Source: Sminthopsis crassicaudata (taxonomy: Eukaryota). Taken from it: a stretch of DNA of 64,000 nt. Each line of letters opens with the position of its first letter. Within the stretch, counting starts at the first letter, position 1. Under the pieces are notes generated by a model. The model had not been told where the DNA came from, ran no database searches, and saw only the letters and a program-made list of their open reading frames with translations. Positions 1 to 9,502 of this stretch are shown here, piece after piece. The translations under genes were made by a program, and so were the position numbers. The DNA is taken from positions 353,677,261-353,741,260 of the forward strand of contig NC_133620.1 in the NCBI RefSeq assembly GCF_048593235.1, given 5' to 3'.

Positions 1-378
1 AAGAAAGAAAAAAGAAATGATGAGCAACCTGATTTCAGAAAAACCTGGAACTTATATGAATTTATATTGAGGGAAGTGGAAAGAGCCATCTGCATCCAGA
101 GAGAGAACTATGGAGACTGAATATGGATCAAAGCATATTATTTCCACCTTTTTCTTTCTTGTTTTATTTTTTCTTTTCTTTTTTAATCTAATTTTCCTTG
201 CACGGCATGACAAATATGAAAATGTGTTTAGAACTGTACATGTTTAACCTATATTGGATTGCTTGCTCTCTTGGGGAAGAGGGAAAAAGGAAGAAAAAAT
301 TGGAATACAAGGTTTTGCAAAGGTTAATGTTGAACCTATCTTTGCATGTATTTTCAAAAAATAAAATACTAAATCCTC
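1..378 (+). mobile_element. L1 LINE 3' end fragment (marsupial L1)
   Basis: Typical marsupial L1 3' UTR text ('aatgatgagcaacctgatttcagaaaaacctgg', 'tttaacctatattggatt', 'tttgcatgtattttcaaaaaataaaa'). Boundaries approximate. Confidence 0.75.
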
Positions 379-994
379 AAGGAGGTTACATTCTAAGAGG
401 GGAGACAACATATAAACAAATATGTATCAATGAGATATACACAGGATAATTTGGAAGTAATCTCAGAGCTCTGCAAAGAAGTGCTGGATGATGTTTATCA
501 GATACATTGTAGAGGGGATCCACAGTACTGGTTGGATTAGATGTTGCAAGGAAACTTTCAAATCTGTGTGTGTATATGTGTGTGTGTGAATTCTAGCTAT
601 ACAATTTAATTCATGCCTGACTTTGGGCAATGTACCTTAATATCTCAGGACTTCAATTTCTTCCTCTGTATAATAAGGGGTTGGTCTACATAGTATGTAA
701 ATTCTTCCATTTTAAATGTTATTTTTGGTCCCAATTTCAGAGATGAGGCCACTAAAGGGTAAGGATTGTATCCAAGGCGACGAGAAAATCAGGGACAGAG
801 CTGGGACTTGAAGCTGGTCTCCCTATCTCACAGAAAGTATTTTCTCCCTCAGTCAGTCACTTCAAATTGCCTCACAAAGCCCCAAGGACACTCTAATAAC
901 GTTTAACGAGCATTTATTGAAGGCCTTCTTATGGGCAAGGCACATTGTTAGACCCTGAGCATAATAAAAATAAGATGACTATTCTCTCCTCTTG

Positions 995-2210
995 TTCTAG
1001 GTTTTTGGACATCACTCTCACCTATCTATTTGACCACTTTCTTCTTTGTCTCCTTGAATGGATCCCTTTCCAAATTATACAAATTGTCTTCTAACCACAG
1101 CTGTCCCTCTGGGTTCTGTCCTGGGCCCGTTCCCTCTATGCGCTTTCATTTGGTGATCACATTGGCTCTCATGGATTTAATCACCATCTCTGTATGCTGA
1201 TGACTCTCAAATCTACCTATTCTGGCCCTGCCTCTCTGCTGAACTCCAATCTTGCATCTCCAACTGTGTGTATTCGAGGCAGACTTAGGTGACTTGCTCA
1301 AGGTCCTACAGTTAATGCCTGAGACCAGATTTGAACTCAGGTCCTTCTGACTCCGGGGAAGTGCTCTATTCACTGCACCACTTAGCTGCCTCACCCAAGA
1401 TATCGTGATCTCTATGTCCAGTAGACATTTTAAACTCAATGTGTCTAAATGAGAATTCATTTCTCTTTCCCTCCTGACCCCCCCCTCCTCCAACTCCTAC
1501 CTTCCCTATTACTGTAGAAGGTAATGCCATCCTCCCAGCTCCGCAGGCTGAAAACATAGAAGTCATTCTGCACTCCTGCCTCCCTGTATTCAAGCTGGCT
1601 GTTGATTTCAGCATCTTTGGAATATTCCTTCTCTCCTCTGGCACTGCTCCCACTGGAATCCAGGCCCTTAGGCCTAGATTATCATAATAGACCCTGGTGA
1701 TTCTGCCAATCTCAAATCTCCCTACTCCAAATCATTCTCCATTCAACCACTAAAGGGATTTTCCTAAAAAACAGGTCAACACCCTCAGGAAACCTCAGGG
1801 GTTCCCTGTCCTCCAGGAGTAAATGTAAAATTCTGTTTGGCATGCAAAACCCCTCCTTCCTATCCAGTTTTCTTACATTTTCCCAATATACATTCAATCG
1901 TCCAGCAAGAAGCCTTTTCAGGAACAAGAACTCTGGACAATCTCTCACCCCATTGCTTCCTCTCCCTCCTCTGATGAGACTAGGATCTGACTTCCTTCAA
2001 GACCCTTTCTACAGGAAGCCTCCTCCAAACCCTTTTAATTCCAAAGCAAGCTGTTCCTTCCTATTTATACATATGTAGCTGGTTTGTTGTCTCCTTCACA
2101 CCTAATTAGATTGTGAGCTCCTTAGGGTCAGGGACTCTCTTATGCCTTTCTTTGTATCCCCAGTGCTTTACCCCAGTTCCTAGCACCCCGTAGGTGTTTA
2201 ATGCTTACTG
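995..2210 (+). mobile_element. L2 LINE 3' fragment, interrupted by a SINE
   Basis: L2 hallmarks 'ttttaaactcaatgtgtctaaa' and the tail 'ttagattgtgagctccttagggtcagggac...cctagcaccccgtaggtgtttaatgcttactga'. Confidence 0.65.
1276..1392 (-). mobile_element. Marsupial CORE-SINE (WSINE1/MAR1-like)
   Basis: Reverse complement reads gaggcagctaagtggtgcagtgaatagagcac...gtcagaaggacctgagttcaaatctggtctcagg (tRNA-derived A/B boxes plus core). Confidence 0.8.
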
Positions 2211-2824
2211 ACGTCGGACTCCTAGGATTCGACTTGAAAATTCATTCTGTCCCGTTTGCCATTTGCTGTGCTGACTTACTCAGGGCCAGTCTTCACAGGG
2301 CTGGCTTCCTGCAGTCTGCCTTCTCTTCTGGTAGTTTTTGCATCGCAGGAGAGAGCTTGGAGAACTTTGATAGCCCCGAGGAGTCGGCCACGTCTCTTTA
2401 TCTCATCTTTAAAGGAAGAGGATTCTGTTTTAATCTAGGCAGTAAGGACACATTCCTTCCTTGGCAACAACGTACTGATAAGTATCCCGTTTTTCGGAAT
2501 CCGACCAGCATCTCCTCTTCCTCAACGGCTTAATTATTGAGGACTGAATAATGACCGGACACATGGCCACGGACTTCTGCTAACTTGTCATGACTGGGAG
2601 AGTTACACCTCCCCTCCCCCTCTCCGCACTGATCTCTGCGGTTCCTCGGGCCAGTTTAGTCAGGGGAGACAGGTTGATTGCAGTGAAGTGACTTGACCAG
2701 GGTTGCCAACAGCTTGGTTAAAGCCTCTGAGGCAGGATTCCAACGCAGGCACTTCTGATCCCAAACCCGCAGTTCTAGCTAGTCCCCGTGCTCCACAGTA
2801 GCTACATCAGACCAAGCAAAATTT

Positions 2825-2960
2825 GTTACCAGCAACTCTCCGGGGGGCGGCACCCACGTGTAAGTAGTGCTAAGACCCAGTAGCTGGAGCCCCACGTGCC
2901 TCACAAGCGGCTCGTTTAACACCCGGGGGGGCACGTGCACGAGATGGAGGCCGTTGATTG
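2825..2960 (+). promoter_or_regulatory. NAGLU proximal promoter in a CpG island, with three CACGTG E-boxes
   Basis: CACGTG at 2855-2860, 2893-2898 and 2932-2937; GTTACCAGCAAC (RFX-like) at 2825-2836; inverted CCAAT near 2957; CpG-rich from about 2200 to 3720. Confidence 0.6.
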
Positions 2961-3046
2961 GGCAGCAGCGGCATCGCCCCCTCCAGGGTCTTAGGCGATT
3001 GGTCGAGGAACTTGAAAGTTGGCTGCTGGGCGCGGAGGGGAGAGCG

Positions 3047-6000
3047 ATGGCGGCTGCCGCGGCGGTTCTCGCCTGCCTGCTCCTGAGCCGGGCGGGGGCC
3101 GATGTGGCTGGGGACGAGGCCCGCGAAGCAGCGGCCGTGCGGGGCCTGCTGTCGCGACTGCTGGGCGCGCGGGCGGCTGCCGGCTTCTCCGTGTCCGTGA
3201 ATCGCTCCCTGGCGCCGGCCCCGGGCGCCGATGCGTTCCGCCTGAGCGGCGGCGGCGGCGGCGGGACCCCCGTGCAGGTGGCCGGCTCCAGCGGCGTGGC
3301 GGCCGCGGCCGGACTGCACCGCTACCTGCGCGCCTTCTGCGGCTGTCACGTGGCGTGGTCGGGCGCGCAGCTGCGCCTGCCCGACCCTCTGCCCGCAGTG
3401 CCCGCGCCGCTGACCGAGAGCACGCCCAACAGGTAACGGGGCGCGGGGAGGCGGCCGCGGGGAGATCCCCGGGCCGAGCTCACCCCGCCCTCCGTGCAGG
3501 TACCGCTATTACCAGAACGTGTGCACGCAGAGCTACTCCTTCGTGTGGTGGGGCTGGGAGCGCTGGGAGCGTGAGATCGACTGGATGGCCCTGAACGGCA
3601 TCAACCTGGCGCTGGCCGCCGTCGGGCAGGAGGCCGTGTGGCGGAGGGTGGGTCCGGGCTGCCCTGAGAGCCGCTTCTGCGCTCCTCCGCAGCCTCCTCT
3701 CCCTCCTCCACCCCCCTCTGTGCGCGCTCCTCTCGCTGCCTCCCTCCTGGGGTCCTTCCTCTCTCCTCCTCGCCTCCCCCCTCTTCTTCCTCCCTCCCTT
3801 TTCCTCTCATATTTCCTCCTTCCTCTTCCTCCTCTCATTGCTTTCCTCCTCTTACTCTTCCAGTCTCCTCCCTTTCTCCTCCCTCCTTCCTCTTTTCTCT
3901 CTTCCTTTCCTTCTCTCCCTTTCTTTTTTCTCTTCTCTGTTTGGAGAAAAGCAAATTACGTCCTTCGCTGGGTCTCAGTTTATTTCTCTGTAATAGGAAA
4001 GATTGGCTCCCCTTCCATCCTGCCATTCCACGAATCTACTTCTAATTTGGCCTGATGGCTGCCTTAATTATCTAAGTTTGTTGGGAGGGGCCGAGCAAGA
4101 GGCATTCTGGAATATTTAGGAAAGTACTAGCCCGGGAGGCAGATGATTTCCCCTCCTCCCCTCCCCCCCACCCAGACTGGGACACCAGTTTTCTCCTGAG
4201 TCCAATGGGGATAATAATACCTGCCCTGTCTTACCACATGGAACTGAGGATAAAATGAAATCTGTATGAAGATAACTGCTTCACTCAAAGGAAGGCTGGT
4301 TATCAGGGTTCTCTCTCTTTTCTCCAGGTGTACTTGACCCTGGGCCTGAATGAGACAGAGATAGATGAGTACTTCACTGGCCCAGCCTTCCTGGCATGGG
4401 AGCGAATGGGCAACCTGCATAGCTGGGCTGGCCCCCTATCCTCCTCCTGGCATCGAAAGCAGTCTTCCCTGCAGGTAATGGGGCAGGAGAGGAGGCTTCC
4501 TGACTGAGAGAAGAGCTTCCTGGTGAGCCTGACCCAGCTGTCCTTCCTTTTCCCTCCCCAGTACCAGATTCTGGAGAGAATGAGATCTTTTGGGATGAAA
4601 GCAGTGCTTCCTGCATTTGCTGGACATGTCCCCAAGGCATTTACCAGGTGAGTTTACTAAGAGAGAGCAAGGCAGGCCCATAGATGGCAAAATTCAAAGA
4701 TCCCATCCAGGAGAGGCGGTGATAAGCATGGTATATCTGGTGTCAGAGGATCTGGGTTTCAGTCCTGATTATCTTAATCTTTCCTGGCCCGATTTCCTCT
4801 TCCCTATGATCAGGAGCTCAGACTGGACAGCCTGTATAGACCATCCTAGTGCTCAATTCATGTTCTTACAATCTCCCATCCAGAGGACAAGACATTCCAC
4901 TGCCTTTCTCTAGGAAAATTGCAGGGTGATAGAAAAAAGAGGAAACCTCCATTTGATTCTCAGATCAGACACTTGTTAGTCACCTTGGGTAAGGAACAAG
5001 TCATTTCCTCTGTCAAATGGCAGAAAAGTGAGATGTTTTGTTTCCAGCAGTAGTCATAGATCTGGAATTGGGAGGGACTTTAGAGGCCATCTCCTGTGGT
5101 GGGAAACCTTCTCTGTCCCCCAGCTGCCAGTACCCTCCCAACTAGGTGGCCTGGAATCTGCCTTGTGGGTCCATAACCGAACAGAGGTGCCTGATGCCTG
5201 TTAGGATGTAGCTCCTCATCTTATGTTTCCTCTCTTATGAGATCAGCTCTTCATCTTGTGCCTCCTCTGTTAGGATGTCAGCTCCTCACCTTGTGTTGCC
5301 TCTCTTAGAATGTCAGTTCCTCTAGGGCAAGCATGTTTCATTTGTCTGCATCTCACCATCTGTCACATAGCTTAAGCTTGAGAAGTATTTATTGCCTGAT
5401 TAAACTGAAGCCTGGAGAAGTGGTGTCTTATCTGTAGTCTCAGAAGAGGAAACTGCAAAGTTGGGATTTGAACTTGATTCCCTTATTTATAAACTCAGCC
5501 CTCATTCTACTGCTCCACAGAAAGATTATTCTAAAAACCCTGTATAAATGGAGAATTAACCTTATGGGAAGAAGCAGAAAGAACCTTGTTCTGGGGGCTG
5601 CCAAATTAGGATTCTGGTTCTGACTCTGCTGCTGACAAACTGTGTGACCATGAAAAAAAGCACTTCCCTACTTTGCGTGCTTCCACTCAATCAGTCAATC
5701 AAATATTCGGGTTTTTTTCTTTTTCTTTTTCTCTTTTTTTTTTTTCTTTCTTCAATCAAATATTTCTTAAGCAGTTAAACATATACTATGTGCTGGATTG
5801 GGTAGTGTGGAGGCAAATGCAAAGAATGAGATAATCCCTTCTGGAAATTAGCTTATGATCCAAGGTGAAGACCAACAACATATAAGTCTCTTGTGGGAGA
5901 TGTTATGGGCATAAGTGTCTGCAGCAGAACTTGAATCCTGACTCCAAGTCCAGCCATTTTTTCCCTCATACTCCTGAAGGAACCCCTGAAGGAAACTCCT

Positions 6001-6771
6001 ATTACAAAAGATGCTCGTGGGACTCTGTGCCTTCCACTAAATAGCATAAAGTTCTGACTATAAATTAATGATCACAATACAATTATTTTATTGACATTGT
6101 GCCAAAAAACAATGCTCACTTTATTTGGAGGTTCTTGCATAGGGTTCTATGAAGTTGAGTTGAGGTTTTTTGATTGGTTGTTTTGTTTTAGCATTTTGAT
6201 CATTGTGTTTTCATAGAATTGGTTTCCTTTGCATTTGAAGATTTTATTCTGAGGATGACTACACCAGACTGCCAAAGGAGGTCCATGTCCCTAAAAAGTT
6301 ACATATAAGTCCTTGATTCTGCTGGTTAATCCCTGAAGGAGGAAACACTTTGATACAAAGAAAGAGCTCCTTTGTGGGGCCTCTGTAAGGAGATTAGAGG
6401 GGGAGGCACTCTGGTCAAATTTTCCCTCCATCAATATAATTCTGCCCCTCATCTCTCCCATCCCCTGTCTGCTCCCTCAATCTCCCTTCATCATATCTCT
6501 CCCTTCCCTTCTAGGGTGTTCCCTCAGGCCAATGTCACCCATCTGGGCATGTGGGGCCACTTCAACTGTACTTACTCCTGCTCCTACCTTTTAGGCCCTG
6601 AAGACCCCTTGTTACCTGTGGTTGGGAGCCTCTTCCTGAGGGAGCTGACTCAGGAATATGGTACTGACCACATCTATAATGCTGATACCTTCAATGAAAT
6701 GGAGCCCCCTTCCTCTGAGCCAGCTTACCTGGCTGCCACCACAGCTGCAGTCTATGAGGTCATGATTGCAG
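3047..6771 (+). CDS. NAGLU: alpha-N-acetylglucosaminidase (GH89), coding exons 1-5
   Basis: Exons 3047-3432, 3500-3647, 4328-4474, 4562-4647, 6515-6771; all GT-AG and in frame. Signal peptide [18 protein letters not shown]; motifs [56 protein letters not shown]. Exon 2-5 sizes (148/147/86/257) match human as recalled. Confidence 0.95.
5201..5323. repeat. Degenerate 34-35 bp tandem repeat, about 3.5 copies
   Basis: Units start at 5201, 5235, 5270 and 5305; consensus ttaggatgtcagctcctcatcttgtgttycctctc. Confidence 0.75.
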
Positions 6772-7142
6772 GTGAGGAGAGCAAGGTGCTGAGGGAGATG
6801 GGCAAGGGGAGAGATCAGTCAGATGGGGAGGGAAGGGGGTGTCATAAAGGAAAGGAGAGGTTTGGGGAAAGTGGGAGGGGGTGTCAGGAGGCTGATGCTG
6901 AGGATAAGCTGGCTGTTAGTGACTGTGAGCCTGATTCACTGCCTGAAGGATCCTGGAGAAACCTCTTAAATCTCTCTCAGCTTCAGTTTCTTCTTCTGTA
7001 AAATGGAGATAATAGCACACACTGCCTTGTGTTACATGCTTTGCAGATCTTGAAGCCCTCCATAAATGTGAACTGCTCTCATGATCCCTGCTCAAAGCCT
7101 GGCCCCAGTGTTCACAGCTTCATTACAAAATGTTCTCCAGGA

Positions 7143-7881
7143 ACATTTTGTAACTGTGCCCAAAGGACTATCAAATTGTGCCCTTTGATCCAGTGATGTC
7201 TCTCTTGGCCCTGTAACCCAAAAGAAATCATAAAAAAGGGAAAGGGACACACATGTGCAAAAATATTTGTGATAGCCCTTTTTGTAGTGTCAAGAAACTG
7301 GAAACTGAGTGGATGCTCATCAGATGGAGAATGGCTGAATAAATTATAGGATATGAAGATTATGGAATAGTATTGTTCCATAAGGAATGATCAGTAGGAT
7401 GATTTCATTAAGGCTTGGAGAGACTTACATGAACTGATGCTAAGTTAGAATCAAGAAAACTGTACACAGCAACAAGATAATGTGATGATCAACTGTGACT
7501 GACTTGGCTCTTTTCAACAATGAAGTGATTCAAGCCATTTCCAATAGACTTATGATGGATAGAGCCATCGGCTTTCTGAAAGAGTAGTGAACGTGTATCA
7601 CGACATAGTATTTTCACCCTTATTATTGTTTGCTTTTTTTCCCTTTTCCATTTTTTTTTTCCTTTTTGATCTTATTTTTCTTGTGCAGCATACAATGTGG
7701 AATATATTTACAAGAGTTGCACTTGTTTAACCTATATTGGATTAATTGCTGCTTGAGGAGAGGGGTTGGGGAAAGGGTGGGAGAAACATTTAAAACAAGG
7801 TTTTGCAAGGGTGAATTTTAAAAACTATTTGCATGTATTTTCAAAAATGAAAAGCTATTATTAAAAATAAAGAAATTTTTA
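7143..7881 (+). mobile_element. 5'-truncated L1 in NAGLU intron 5 with a diverged target-site duplication
   Basis: L1 ORF2-end/3' UTR ('ccctttgatccag', 'aagaaactggaaactgagtggatgctcatcagatggagaatggctgaataaatt') and A-rich tail. Flanks aaaatgttctccagga (7127-7142) and aaaatgtcctctggga (7882-7897) are 13/16 identical. Confidence 0.85.
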
Positions 7882-8432
7882 AAAATGTCCTCTGGGAGGA
7901 ACCACAGTCTTCTCATGTCCTAAGTACTGGAGTTGGACTAAGCAGTCCCTCTTGCTCCAATTCCCTTCCATTTTGTGTATGGGAAGGTAAATTCTGAGAT
8001 CCCATGGCTGCTGAGTGCCAAGGCTCAGGCTGTAGTCTGAGTCTCCTGACTCTACTGCTTACTGTCTTAGGCCTTCTCTTGGGATTCTTTTGCCCTCCCT
8101 CCTTCCCATTCCCACAAGCCATCCCAAGAAGCTCTCACTCCCCAGCCTATGCCCATCTTCCCTTTCTTCTCTGCATTGCTTCTCACCTTGAGACGCTGCC
8201 TGAAGGAACTGCCTCAACTTTCCTCCCTGAAACTGCTCTTAGGGCCCCAGGGATCTCTTAATTGCCAGATCTGAGAGTATCTTCTCCAAACTTGTCCTTC
8301 CTGGCCCCCCTGAAATCTTTTACATTTTGATTCCTTCTCTATGTGAGCTGTTCTTTGGTTCTCCTTGATCACTCCTCAGTCTTCTTTACTGGAACTTTGT
8401 CTGAGTCACTCCCACTGACCCTGAGAGAATGT

Positions 8433-8651
8433 GCCCCTCGATGGAAGCTCTTTGTGGAGATGCTGGTGAAGAGCCTGGCTGAGGGCACCCCCTTCCACCA
8501 GAGCCAGTTTGAGAGTGAAGCCTTGCTGTTAGGACAGAACTTTGTACTGGGGAGGCAGAAGTTTCCCACCCAACCTCAGGGTGACACTGTTGATCTTGTC
8601 AAGAAATTTTTCCTCAAGTATTACCCAAGGTGTCAAGCAGGAGCTTTGTGA
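8433..8651 (+). CDS. NAGLU: C-terminal remnant of the NAGLU terminal exon (last ~72 codons)
   Basis: [72 protein letters not shown] aligns to human ...[26 protein letters not shown]...[21 protein letters not shown]. Similarity stops abruptly upstream of PRW. Confidence 0.9.
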   Translation, partial: APRWKLFVEMLVKSLAEGTPFHQSQFESEALLLGQNFVLGRQKFPTQPQGDTVDLVKKFFLKYYPRCQAGAL

Positions 8652-8993
8652 CTCACCACCTCCACCTGTGCCACCTGGATTCTCCAGTAGTTCCTAAGAC
8701 TCTTAAGCTCCCTCTTGGGACCCTGAATCCTATCAGTGGCTTAACTTGGGACCCTTGGGAGGAGGGGATTGGTTTATAAACCATGGGAAATTCTTGCAGA
8801 TGGTCTCTCTCCCTTGCTGTGTCTGGTTCCTGGATTCAGGATCTGGACTGAGCTCTCTGAAGTGTGAGGAGGGAAGAAGAGGGCAGGTCTAGGATAGGAA
8901 GTGGATCCTGTGAATTGAGAGTATGGAGCATTCTCCATGTCATTCTCCTCTACTCCAGAAATGGAAATCAAGCCATTGTTTTCTCATTCAATC

Positions 8994-8999
8994 AATAAA
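8994..8999 (+). terminator. Probable NAGLU polyadenylation signal
   Basis: AATAAA about 340 nt after the NAGLU stop. Confidence 0.55.
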
Positions 9000-9055
9000 T
9001 CAATATTTCAGCATGTCTGTCTAGGTCTATTCTCAGAGGGGCCAAGCAGCAATAT

Positions 9056-9060
<5 letters not shown>

Positions 9061-9105
<45 letters not shown>
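9061..9105. repeat. (CA)n microsatellite
   Basis: About 22 CA units between NAGLU and HSD17B1. Confidence 0.95.
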
Positions 9106-9107
<2 letters not shown>

Positions 9108-9502
9108 AGAATAATCAAGTGGAGATGACTAAGTCCATCTACTCCCTCCTCTTCCCATTAGCTTTGAAAGCAACTGTATTTGGCTCTGGGCTGCTGCCCT
9201 TTGCCTCAGTTTCCCCTACTCAGCCTTCAGAGGTGGTAAGACTTCTGTGATGCTTGCCAGCAGATTAAGCTTGGGGAGAAAGGGGGGAAAGTGTGAAGAA
9301 TGGGGCAGTGAAAGCTCACTGGCCTTGAGATAATGAAGTAGACACAACAAAGGAGACTGGGGGCTTCAGAAAAAGTAGGTGCCCTTGGGGCTCAAGGGCT
9401 GAGCCAGTCTGCATCCTAGTCTTTTTTGCTTCTAATTTCTTCCAACCAGTCCTTTCTCTGTCTTTCAAATCTGTCCCTTCCTGGTCTCTCTGCTCTTTCT
9501 CT

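Noticed and set aside
2214-2260. B-box-like 'ggattcgact' suggesting a tRNA gene
   Set aside because: No A box at the proper spacing and no cloverleaf stems could be built.
2870-3838. Long overlapping ORFs on both strands around NAGLU exons 1-2
   Set aside because: Stop-poor GC-rich CpG island plus low-complexity pyrimidine tract; shadows of the real exons.
7143-7897. L1-mediated deletion as the cause of the missing NAGLU exon-6 sequence
   Set aside because: The L1 has a recognisable TSD on both sides, indicating a clean insertion, and similarity to NAGLU resumes ~550 bp further on.
7995-8030. 'gatccca-tggctgctg-agtgc-caaggctc' as a decayed start of NAGLU exon 6 (WLLQG); LGPQGSL at ~8240 as WGPEGNI
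   Set aside because: Very short, gapped matches with no continuing similarity or suitable acceptor; consistent with chance.
8700-9500. A second HSD17B1 copy or pseudogene, as lies between NAGLU and HSD17B1 in human
   Set aside because: Only ~850 bp separate the genes and no SDR-like sequence is present.
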